A stretch of 32,000 nucleotides of DNA from Megasphaera elsdenii DSM 20460 (GCF_003010495.1 NZ_CP027570.1:1590001-1622000); one strand, 5' to 3'; positions 7,749 to 15,679 are shown, numbered from the stretch's first letter. A program made the numbers and translations. The notes: generated by a model not told the origin, from the letters alone.

Positions 7749-7832
7749 AAAAGCAACCTCTCAGACCGCCTTCGGCGGCCAGCTCCCCTATAAGGGGAGC
7801 CGCTAGCCACGAGCCACGAACCACGAGCCACT
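7749..7832 (+). repeat. Double-hairpin element (7749-7801) followed by a cacgagc/cacgaac heptad array (7802-7832)
   Basis: aaaagcaacctctc + ccgcc-ttc-ggcgg + gctcccc-tataa-ggggagc, followed by the 7-nt units. Confidence 0.75.
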
Positions 7833-7866
7833 AAAAAAGCGTTGTCCGTCAGGACAACGCTTTTTT
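7833..7866. terminator. Bidirectional intrinsic terminator (A6, gcgttgtcc/ggacaacgc, T6)
   Basis: Symmetric A-run and T-run around a 9-bp stem. It lies 7 nt from the stop of the minus-strand gene at 7873. Confidence 0.8.
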
Positions 7867-7872
7867 CCACCC

Positions 7873-8082
7873 TTATTTTCCGCTAGCAGCGATGCAGTCG
7901 TTGAGGTCGGCGACGAGGGCGTCGACGTCGATGCCGTGAGCACCAGCGCCCTGGCCGATGGTTTCAAAGTGAGCAGCCATGCAGCCAATGCAGCCGAGAC
8001 CGTACTGCTGGAAGATTTCAATGATCTGCGGATATTTCTGAACGGCTTCAATGATACCCGTGTCTTTTGTAATCTGTGCCAT
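7873..8082 (-). CDS. DUF1858-type small redox-disulfide protein (hybrid-cluster-protein-associated family)
   Basis: 69 aa. Sequence I...IIEIFQQYGLGCIGCMAAHFETIGQGAGAHGID contains a CxxC. RBS aaggagg is present, and a TGaTATAAT extended -10 lies upstream on the minus strand (8147-8155). Confidence 0.8.
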   Translation of the reverse strand: MAQITKDTGIIEAVQKYPQIIEIFQQYGLGCIGCMAAHFETIGQGAGAHGIDVDALVADLNDCIAASGK

Positions 8083-8164
8083 TGTGTGTATTCCTCCTTG
8101 TCAAATCGTATCCGTACTGTTTTGAAGGAACGTCCGGATTGCATCTATTATATCATACTTTTTT

Positions 8165-9484
8165 TCATTTGTGCGAGGAAATGCGCTTTTCCTCCAAGAG
8201 TTGTCCGTTCGGCAGGAAGCTGCGGAAGGTGAGGCTGTCTTCGCTGGCTTCCAGGCTCATGTAATTGTCCGTTTCCGGCTGGGGCGCGACGTATTCATCG
8301 AGGCTGTGCTGCTTCCACAGGCCCGGATACTGGACGTTGCCGGCGACGCCGGTGATGAGGTACAAGGGCCCCGATTCATCGCGCTGGAAGTTCTTGATAT
8401 GGCCCCGGTCGCGGTAGGTGTGGAGGTGCGCCGAGAGGACGGCATCGACGCCATATTGGTCGAAGAGGGGCATCCACAGCTGTCCTTCCGGCGAAAAGCC
8501 TTCGGCACGAGGTTCTGGCCGGCTGGCAAAGCCATATTGAAGCGGGTCCTTGTGCATGAGGACGATTTTCCATTTCTTCTTCGTCTTGGCCATGTCTTTT
8601 TTGAACCAGGCCACTTCGTCTTCATCGAGGCTGGGCTCGAAGTCGGCCAGTTCCTGGGACTGCGTGTTGAGGACGACGAAGTGGACGTCGCCGTAGTCAA
8701 AGGAGTAGAACTGGTTCTGGTATTTTTCCATATCGATCTGAGGCAGGGCGAAGAGGTGCAGATAGGCTTCGGGCATGCGGACTTTCCAGTCCTTATTATA
8801 CGTTTCGTGGTTTCCCAGGAGAGGGACGACGGGGATGCGGGCAATCATGTCGTTGACGACGTCGAACCAGGCATTCCACTGGTAGTGGTCCTGGCCGTTA
8901 TCGACGAGGTCGCCCATGTTGATGAAGAACTGGGCGTCCTGGTTGCGCTGCCATGCCGGCTGTGCCGTGGCGGCCCAGACGCTGTAGTCGCTGGATTGGG
9001 AGTCCGGGAAGATGAGGGCCTTGAAGTCATTGCCCTGGGCCGTGTGGAAGGTCTGCCAGCTGCTGCGCTTGTCGCCGGCGCCGACGCGGTATTCATAGGC
9101 CGTACCCGGTTCGAGGCCGGTGACGGTGGCCGTGTGGATGTACGTCGTCACGCCATCGTCGCTGAAGGCGTCGCTGGAAGCGGGGAGCTGCATGAGGGTA
9201 GTATCGTCGCCGGCTTTGCGGTATTCGACGACGGGCTTATCTTCGGCGTAGTCCGACTGCCACATGAAGGTCCGCGACGTCGTGCTGTCCGCCGTGATGA
9301 CCTGGCGGATGTTGGAGGCATCGACGACCTCCGTCGACAGGTAGTGGGCCGCCGCAGCCTTGGTGGCCTTGACGCCCTGCTTGGCGACGGTCTTCGTACC
9401 GGGCAGCCAGGTATAGGCACTGACAGCGGCGATGACGGCAGCGGCCAGAGAACAGGCGATGATCTTTTTATATTTTGCTTTCAT
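8165..9484 (-). CDS. Secreted or membrane-anchored metallophosphoesterase (purple acid phosphatase-like)
   Basis: 439 aa with an N-terminal signal or anchor. It has a PAP-type N-terminal FN3-like domain and the calcineurin-like motifs GDLVDNG, GNHE and SAHLHTY. Confidence 0.85.
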   Translation of the reverse strand: MKAKYKKIIACSLAAAVIAAVSAYTWLPGTKTVAKQGVKATKAAAAHYLSTEVVDASNIRQVITADSTTSRTFMWQSDYAEDKPVVEYRKAGDDTTLMQLPASSDAFSDDGVTTYIHTATVTGLEPGTAYEYRVGAGDKRSSWQTFHTAQGNDFKALIFPDSQSSDYSVWAATAQPAWQRNQDAQFFINMGDLVDNGQDHYQWNAWFDVVNDMIARIPVVPLLGNHETYNKDWKVRMPEAYLHLFALPQIDMEKYQNQFYSFDYGDVHFVVLNTQSQELADFEPSLDEDEVAWFKKDMAKTKKKWKIVLMHKDPLQYGFASRPEPRAEGFSPEGQLWMPLFDQYGVDAVLSAHLHTYRDRGHIKNFQRDESGPLYLITGVAGNVQYPGLWKQHSLDEYVAPQPETDNYMSLEASEDSLTFRSFLPNGQLLEEKRISSHK

Positions 9485-9561
9485 AGCGTTCCTCCTATTT
9501 TTGAATATACGTTATTATAAGGGATGGAGTCAACTCTAAGTCAAGAGAAAAAAAGAAAAAC

Positions 9562-9590
9562 TTGACAAGGCCCTTTCTTCGATATAAGAT
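9562..9590 (+). promoter_or_regulatory. Promoter of the trpS T-box leader (TTGACA-17-TAAGAT)
   Basis: Consensus -35, a 17-nt spacer and an acceptable -10. Confidence 0.55.
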
Positions 9591-9599
9591 AGATGCATC

Positions 9600-9890
9600 C
9601 AAAGTGATAGAGAACGTCGATGAACGGGAGCAAGTACCGTCACGATACCCTTGACAGCGAGCCGGTGGCAGTGGAAGTCCGGTGAAGAGGCCGTGAATGG
9701 GAATGGGCCCGGGAGATGCAGGCTGAAGCTGAGTAGGTCCTGCCGGAACTTTCACCGTTATCAGGAAAGAATGCATCTACGTGTGCATATGAGCCGGGCA
9801 GTTTTGCCAACCAGGGTGGTACCGCGGAAATGACTTTCCTTTCGTCCCTAATGTGAGGGATGGAAGGATTTTTTTATTGAACAGGGAGGA
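9600..9890 (+). promoter_or_regulatory. T-box riboswitch leader with Trp (UGG) specifier, controlling trpS
   Basis: Stem I elements are present (agagaa GA motif, AGTA box, gccggtggcagtggaa distal region). GAA-TGG-G lies in the specifier region (9695-9700). The T-box sequence aaccagggtggtaccgcgg is at 9812-9830. A terminator (tccttcc../..ggaagga followed by T7) is at about 9838-9880. Confidence 0.88.
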
Positions 9891-9897
9891 ATCCATC

Positions 9898-10884
9898 ATG
9901 TCTGTTATTTTTTCTGGTATCCAGCCGAGCGGCAATCTGACTTTAGGTAACTATTTAGGCGCACTTCGCAATTTCTCGAAAATCCAGGACGGCAACGAAT
10001 GTTATTACTGCGTCGTCAACCAGCATGCCATCACGGTCCCGCAGGACCCGGCCCTCTTACATCAGCGCACGCGGCAGCTGGCTGCCATCTACCTGGCTTC
10101 CGGCCTGGATCCGGAAAAATCGACGCTCTTCGTCCAGTCAGAAGTCCCGGAACACGCACTCCTGGGCTGGATGATGATTACCTTGTCCTATGTCGGTGAA
10201 TTGGAACGCATGACCCAGTACAAGGATAAGGCTTCCAAACGGGGCGACTCCATCCCGGCCGGCCTGTTGACCTATCCGCCCCTCATGGCTGCGGACATCC
10301 TCTTGTACCAGACCAACTTCGTCCCCGTCGGCGATGACCAGAAGCAGCACATGGAAATCACCCGCAACCTGGCTCAGCGCTTCAACCGCCTCTATGGCGA
10401 AGTCTTCACCATCCCCGATATCTACCTCGGCCAGGACGGCACGCGCGTCATGAGCCTCCAGGAACCGACCAAGAAGATGAGCAAGTCCGACGACAACACG
10501 ACGGCAACGATTTATCTCCTCGACGAACCGAAGGCTATCGAAAAGAAAATCAAACGGGCCCAGACGGACAGCGAAAACTCCGTTCATTACGATAAAGAAA
10601 ACAAGCCGGGCATTTCCAACCTCATCGAAATCTTCTCGGCCCTGACAGACCAGACGCACGAACAGGTCGAAGCGGCCTATGCCGGCAAAGGCTATGGCGC
10701 CTTCAAGAAAGACGTGGCCGACGCTGTCATCTCGACGCTGGAACCGATCCAGCAGCGTTACCGCCAGCTCGTCGACGATCCCGAACTGGACGCTATCCTT
10801 GACAAAGGCGCTGCCAAAGCCCATGCCAAGGCCAGCGTGACTTACGAAAAAGCCGCCAAGGCCATGGGCTTGTTCCGCAAGTAA
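9898..10884 (+). CDS. trpS: Tryptophan--tRNA ligase
   Basis: Start is placed at ATG 9898, which has RBS agggagga. The track start at 9853 lies inside the T-box terminator. Motifs include the class I signature GIQPSGNLTLGNYLG and KMSKS. Confidence 0.93.
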   Translation: MSVIFSGIQPSGNLTLGNYLGALRNFSKIQDGNECYYCVVNQHAITVPQDPALLHQRTRQLAAIYLASGLDPEKSTLFVQSEVPEHALLGWMMITLSYVGELERMTQYKDKASKRGDSIPAGLLTYPPLMAADILLYQTNFVPVGDDQKQHMEITRNLAQRFNRLYGEVFTIPDIYLGQDGTRVMSLQEPTKKMSKSDDNTTATIYLLDEPKAIEKKIKRAQTDSENSVHYDKENKPGISNLIEIFSALTDQTHEQVEAAYAGKGYGAFKKDVADAVISTLEPIQQRYRQLVDDPELDAILDKGAAKAHAKASVTYEKAAKAMGLFRK

Positions 10885-11008
10885 AACGATTACTCTTAAA
10901 TTTGAAAGTCGATAAGATTTGAAATTTATAAAAATAAAAGCAAATAACATATTGACAAAGAAAGTATAAAGTATTACACTATATCCAACAAAGAAAATAG
11001 TAGAGACA

Positions 11009-11060
11009 AGAGGCAAGGGAGCCTGATGGAACATCAGCTTTCCTTGCCTCTGTTTTTATT
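11009..11060 (+). terminator. Strong intrinsic terminator between trpS and the aminotransferase gene
   Basis: 20-bp stem agaggcaagggagcctgatg/catcagctttccttgcctct (two G-U pairs, one mismatch), loop gaa, then gtttttattt. Confidence 0.75.
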
Positions 11061-11130
11061 TGGGGATTTCTTTGTTCGATCTTTTAGTTATCATTTCTTT
11101 ATAAATTCATCAGTTTAGGGGGAGTTACGA

Positions 11131-12351
11131 ATGAGATTACGCGATGTAGGATTGACCAAAGAAGAAATCAAAGCCAAAGTAGACAAGTACATGATTGAAA
11201 CGTACGAACGCTTCGACATGATCGCCGAACGCGGCAAAGGCATGTACGTCTACGATGAAAACGGGACACCGTACCTTGATTTCTACGCTGGTATCGCCGT
11301 CAACAGCGCCGGCAGCTGCAACGACAAAGTCGTCCTGGCCGTCATCGACCAGTGCATGGACATCATGCAGACCTTCAACTATCCGTACACAGTACCGCAG
11401 GCCCTGCTGGCTGAAAAGATTTGCACGACCATCGGCATGGACAAGATCTTCTTCCAGAACTCCGGGGCAGAAGCCAACGAAGCCATGATCAAGATGGCCC
11501 GTAAATACGGCGTTGAACACTTTGGTCCCAACAAATACGAAATCATCACGGCAAAAGAATCCTTCCACGGCCGTACCTTTGGTTCCATGAGCGCTACGGG
11601 CCAGCCGGACAATGCCTGCCAGATCGGTTTCGGTGCCATGACGCCGGGCTTCAAATATGCTGAATTCAACAATTTGAAAGCCTTTGAAGATGCCATCACG
11701 GAAAACACCATCGGTATCATGGTCGAACCGGTACAGGGCGAAGGCGGTGTCCATCCGGCAACGAAAGAATTCCTCACGGGCCTGCGCAAACTGTGCGATG
11801 AAAAAGGCCTGCTCCTCCTCCTCGATGAAGTACAGAGCGGCTGGTGCCGCACCGGGGCTGTCATGTCCTACATGAACTACGGCATCAAACCGGATATCGT
11901 CTCTATGGCCAAAGCCCTGGGCGGCGGCATGCCAATCGCTGCTATCTGCGCCCGCGAAGATGTTTCCAAAGCCTTCACTATGGGTTCCCACGGCAGTACC
12001 TTCGGCGGCCATCCGGTCTGCTGCGCCGCAGCCTTGGCCGAAGTCAACGAACTGTTGGACAAAGACCTGGCTGGCAATGCCAAGAAGATGGGGGCATACT
12101 TCTTGGAACAGGCCCGGGAAAAACTGCCGCATCTGAAGGAAGCCCGCGGCCAGGGCTGCTTCTTGGGGCTTGAATTTGACGACAAGATCAACAGCGTCGA
12201 CTTGAAGCATAAATGCTTCGACAAACACATGCTGTCGACGGCTATCGGCGACCACGTCCTGCGCCTGGTTCCGCCGCTGATCCTCCAGAAGGAACACGTC
12301 GACAAGGCCATTGCCATCATCAAGGAATCGGTCGAAGAATTGGCAAAATAA
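11131..12351 (+). CDS. Class-III (ornithine/acetylornithine/GABA-type) PLP aminotransferase
   Basis: 406 aa. Motifs are FFQNSGAEANEAMIKMARKYG, LLLLDEVQSGWCRTG and the PLP lysine in SMAKALGGGMPI. RBS gggggag is present. Substrate specificity cannot be determined from the sequence. Confidence 0.88.
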   Translation: MRLRDVGLTKEEIKAKVDKYMIETYERFDMIAERGKGMYVYDENGTPYLDFYAGIAVNSAGSCNDKVVLAVIDQCMDIMQTFNYPYTVPQALLAEKICTTIGMDKIFFQNSGAEANEAMIKMARKYGVEHFGPNKYEIITAKESFHGRTFGSMSATGQPDNACQIGFGAMTPGFKYAEFNNLKAFEDAITENTIGIMVEPVQGEGGVHPATKEFLTGLRKLCDEKGLLLLLDEVQSGWCRTGAVMSYMNYGIKPDIVSMAKALGGGMPIAAICAREDVSKAFTMGSHGSTFGGHPVCCAAALAEVNELLDKDLAGNAKKMGAYFLEQAREKLPHLKEARGQGCFLGLEFDDKINSVDLKHKCFDKHMLSTAIGDHVLRLVPPLILQKEHVDKAIAIIKESVEELAK

Positions 12352-12373
12352 GTAATCACTACTGAGGGGTAGG

Positions 12374-12416
12374 AAAAGGTGTCTGCCAGAATTGAGGGGT
12401 TGGCAGGCACCTTTTC
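12374..12416 (+). terminator. Intrinsic terminator after the aminotransferase gene
   Basis: Stem aaggtgtctgcca/tggcaggcacctt followed by a short T-run. The stem resembles the LysR-gene terminator (ggtNtctgcca). Confidence 0.65.
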
Positions 12417-12437
12417 TAAAAAAAAGGGGGGAACGAA

Positions 12438-13031
12438 ATGAAACATTTCGTCATTACCGTGGGATGTGAATTCGGCAGCGGCGGCCCGGAAATCGGCAAG
12501 ATGCTGGCTAAGTCGCTGGGAATCGAATACTACGACCGGGATCTCGTAGATAAAGTCGTGGAAAAAATCGGCGTAGAAAAACATCTCGTAGAAGAAGCAG
12601 ATAACAAGAATTTCGTTCCGTATGGCATCGAAACATCGTTGGGAACGCGCTATGCGAATTTGTCCAACAAAGTCATTTACACGCAGTTCGACGTCATCCG
12701 CAAGATGGCAAAGACATCGTGCGTCATCATCGGCCGGTGCAGCGACTATATCCTGAAGGGGCAGGAAAATGTCGTCAACGTCTTCATTTATGCACCGACA
12801 GAAGTACGTATTAAGACCATCATGGAAAAGATGAACTTATCCGAACGCCACGCGGCAGAAGTCATCCGTGATTATGACAATGCTCTCCATAGACGGTATA
12901 AATACATTACCGGGACCTATCGCGGTGACCGTCACAACCGGCACCTGCTGGTCGACAGCAGCGTCCTGGGCTGGGAAAAGACGGCGAAGTTCATCAAATC
13001 TTTCGTCGAAATGCGTTTTGAAGAGACTTGA
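12438..13031 (+). CDS. Cytidylate kinase-like family protein (P-loop NTPase, function unknown)
   Basis: 197 aa. GCEFGSGGPEIGKMLAKSLGIEYYDRDLV matches the Cytidylate_kin2-type N-terminus. Confidence 0.75.
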   Translation: MKHFVITVGCEFGSGGPEIGKMLAKSLGIEYYDRDLVDKVVEKIGVEKHLVEEADNKNFVPYGIETSLGTRYANLSNKVIYTQFDVIRKMAKTSCVIIGRCSDYILKGQENVVNVFIYAPTEVRIKTIMEKMNLSERHAAEVIRDYDNALHRRYKYITGTYRGDRHNRHLLVDSSVLGWEKTAKFIKSFVEMRFEET

Positions 13032-13044
13032 GGGGGTATGAAAG

Positions 13045-15627
13045 ATGGCGACAAAAAAGTCTGATTTTGATAAAGTCCTGAGTGCTTGGGACGTCCTGGT
13101 CATCGCCTTCGGGGCCATGATTGGCTGGGGCTGGGTCGTATCGACGGGCGACTGGATCATGCAAGGCGGCGTCTTAGGCGCCATGCTGGGGTTTGCCATT
13201 GGCGGCGTCATGATTTTCTTCGTCGGCCTGACCTATGCCGAACTGACGTCGGCTATGCCGCAGTGCGGCGGTGAACATGTCTTCAGTTATAAGGCCATGG
13301 GGCCGCTTGGTTCTTTTGTTTGTACCTGGATGATCGTTTTAGGGTATGTCGGCGTCGTCTGTTTCGAAGCCTGCGCCCTGCCGACCATCGTAGCTTATAT
13401 TTATCCTGATTTCCTGGCAGGCTATCTGTATACCGTTGCCGGTTTCGATATTTACGCTTCCTGGCTGGCCGTAGCCATTCTGGTTTCTGTCTTCATTACG
13501 GCCATCAATATCATCGGGACCAAGACGGCAGCTATTTTGCAGACGATCCTGACGGTCATCATCGGTGGCGTCGGTATCCTGCTCATCGCGGCTTCGGCCC
13601 TGACCGGTACGGTATCGAACCTGGAAGGCCAGCTGTTCATGGGGGCGACGACGACGGATATGGTCAAAGGGACCCTGGCCGTTGCCGTCATGACGCCGTT
13701 CTATTTCATCGGCTTCGACGTCATCCCGCAGGCTGCCGAAGAAATTTCTGTATCCTTGCAGAAAATCGGCCGCATCCTCATCTTGTCCATCGTCCTGGCC
13801 GTCCTCTTCTATGCGCTCATCATCTTCGGCGTCGGCTATGTCATGAATAATGCAGAAATCTCCGTCGCCATGAAAAGCGTCGGCGGCCTGGTCACGGCTG
13901 ATGCCATGGCCGTCGCTTTTGGCAGCTCCATCATGGCCAAGGTCCTCATCATCGGCGGCCTCTGCGGCATCATCACCAGCTGGAACTCCTTCCTCATCGG
14001 CGGCAGCCGCGCCATGTACTCCATGGCTGAATCGTATATGATCCCGCGGGTCTTTGCCAAATTGCACGATAAATATAAGACGCCTGTCAATGCGCTCTTG
14101 CTCATCGGCCTCTTGTCCATCATCGCGCCGTTCTTCGGCAAAAAGATGCTGGTCTGGGTCGTCGATGCCGGCAACTTCGGCTGCTGCGTCGCCTACTGCA
14201 TGGTCGCTATTTCCTTCGTCATCCTTCGTAAAAAAGCACCGGACATGGCTCGTCCTTATAAAGTCAGCCATTATAAACTCGTCGGTGCCCTGGCTATCCT
14301 CATGTCGGGCTTCATGGTCGTCATGTACGTCGTCCCCGGTTCCGGTGCTACCCTGGTTCCGCAGGAATGGGGCATGGTTCTCAGCTGGTCAATCCTGGGC
14401 GTCCTCTTCGGCCTCTATTGCAAGGCTAAATACGGCAGCAAGTTCGCTACCCATATCGACGTGGCCCTGGATAATGAAGCCGTCGAAGAAGCGGGCGACC
14501 TGGCTTTCGGTCAGGCTATGGCCGCAGCCCTTCAGAATGTCGAATCGGATGCGCCTGTCACCTATGTATCGCAGCCGCTCAGTTTCTCCTTCTCCATGCC
14601 GGTATCCGTCGTCTTTGGCGCCGGCAAGCGCCACCTGGCCGGGGAACTGTTGAAGTCCTATGGGACCAAGGCCCTGGTCGTCACCGATTCGGCGACGAAT
14701 GGACGGGACCTGGTCCGTGAAGTCGAAAAGAGCTTGAAAGATGCCGGTATCTCTGTGGCCCGTTTTGCCCACGTCACGGGGAAATCCCTGGATATTACGG
14801 CTGATTCAGCCGTCGATGAAATCAAGAAGAACGGCAGTGACTTCATCGTCGCCATCGGCGGCAATACCGTCATGGAAGGGGCCAAGATGATTGCCCGTGC
14901 CGCTGCCAGCACCCTGGGTCAGGCAATCCTGCCGCTGACCTTCGTGCCGACGAACTATCATACCGGTGCCTGCTTCGATGCATCCCTGCCCGACGGCAGC
15001 CGCGACCAGGCCCTGCTGGCAAAAGTCGTCATCGTCGATCCGGAATGTATGACCGGCATGAGCCAGAAAGAACGGGCCGTCTCGGGCTTTGCCGCCCTCA
15101 GTGAATGTATCAGTGCCTATACGGCAGCCGATGCCCAGCCGCTGACCGATGCCATGGCCCTCTACGCCATCGACATCTTGAACGATAAGCTGGCCGGCGT
15201 CTGCACCGATCATGCCGATAAAGGAGCTTGGGAAAAAGTCGTCCTGGCCGGCGTCATCGGCAGCATGGTCGCTGCAGAAACGGGCAGTCAGGTAGCCAAA
15301 GGACTGGCGCAAGCCGTCGCCAAGACCTCCTTCCCGGCTGACGAAGTGCTCTTGGCAGCTATCGTCCCTGTCGTCATCGATGCTAAAGCAGGGAAGGATC
15401 CCTTCCTCTATGGTAAACTGGCCCGCACGATGGGCGGCTTTACATCCGATGACTGTGCAGCCCGCCTTTGCTATCTGGCCAAGGCACTGCACCTGGACCT
15501 GCGCATTGCCGACATGGGCGTCCATGAAGACGATATCGCCACCATGGCCGAAGCCTATATCGGTGAGGAAGCAGCCGAAGCCGTCCAGGAAAAAGCCGCT
15601 GCCATGGAAGCCGCATTTGATTCGTGA
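13045..15627 (+). CDS. Fusion protein: APC-superfamily amino acid permease (aa 1 to about 480) plus a degenerate iron-type alcohol dehydrogenase-like domain (aa about 510-860)
   Basis: The N-terminal half has about 12 TM segments and the APC signature (LTYAELTSAMPQCGGEHVFSY). The C-terminal half follows the Fe-ADH fold order (VVFGAGK...ALVVTD...VAIGGNTVMEGAK...PTNYHTGAC...DPECM...GFAALSECISAY), but the metal and NAD motif residues are substituted. Confidence 0.8.
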   Translation: MATKKSDFDKVLSAWDVLVIAFGAMIGWGWVVSTGDWIMQGGVLGAMLGFAIGGVMIFFVGLTYAELTSAMPQCGGEHVFSYKAMGPLGSFVCTWMIVLGYVGVVCFEACALPTIVAYIYPDFLAGYLYTVAGFDIYASWLAVAILVSVFITAINIIGTKTAAILQTILTVIIGGVGILLIAASALTGTVSNLEGQLFMGATTTDMVKGTLAVAVMTPFYFIGFDVIPQAAEEISVSLQKIGRILILSIVLAVLFYALIIFGVGYVMNNAEISVAMKSVGGLVTADAMAVAFGSSIMAKVLIIGGLCGIITSWNSFLIGGSRAMYSMAESYMIPRVFAKLHDKYKTPVNALLLIGLLSIIAPFFGKKMLVWVVDAGNFGCCVAYCMVAISFVILRKKAPDMARPYKVSHYKLVGALAILMSGFMVVMYVVPGSGATLVPQEWGMVLSWSILGVLFGLYCKAKYGSKFATHIDVALDNEAVEEAGDLAFGQAMAAALQNVESDAPVTYVSQPLSFSFSMPVSVVFGAGKRHLAGELLKSYGTKALVVTDSATNGRDLVREVEKSLKDAGISVARFAHVTGKSLDITADSAVDEIKKNGSDFIVAIGGNTVMEGAKMIARAAASTLGQAILPLTFVPTNYHTGACFDASLPDGSRDQALLAKVVIVDPECMTGMSQKERAVSGFAALSECISAYTAADAQPLTDAMALYAIDILNDKLAGVCTDHADKGAWEKVVLAGVIGSMVAAETGSQVAKGLAQAVAKTSFPADEVLLAAIVPVVIDAKAGKDPFLYGKLARTMGGFTSDDCAARLCYLAKALHLDLRIADMGVHEDDIATMAEAYIGEEAAEAVQEKAAAMEAAFDS

Positions 15628-15641
15628 AAATAGTTTGTAGT

Positions 15642-15679
15642 AAAAAAGGAGCTGTCGCACATGCGACAGCCCCTTTTTT
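15642..15679. terminator. Bidirectional-type intrinsic terminator after the permease fusion gene
   Basis: A6, stem ggagctgtcgca/tgcgacagcccc, T6. Confidence 0.85.

Noticed and set aside
7559-8144. Minus-strand ORFs of 103 and 113 aa overlapping the repeat region and the DUF1858 gene
   Set aside because: They traverse the REP-like units, the double-hairpin element and the terminators. The 69-aa DUF1858 ORF in another frame has an RBS, a promoter and a recognisable CxxC family signature.
8171-9520. 449-aa plus-strand ORF antisense to the metallophosphoesterase gene
   Set aside because: It is a mirror ORF typical of GC-rich coding DNA. The composition is rich in R, G, D, V and E, with no recognisable motifs. 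The opposite strand encodes a protein with all the calcineurin-like motifs.
9853-9897. Upstream start codon for trpS given by the ORF track
   Set aside because: The extension overlaps the T-box terminator and T-run. ATG 9898 has a proper RBS (agggagga) and begins at the conserved TrpRS N-terminus.
11137-12297. 386-aa minus-strand ORF antisense to the aminotransferase gene
   Set aside because: The reasoning is the same: no motifs and a low-complexity composition, while the plus-strand product has clear class-III aminotransferase signatures.
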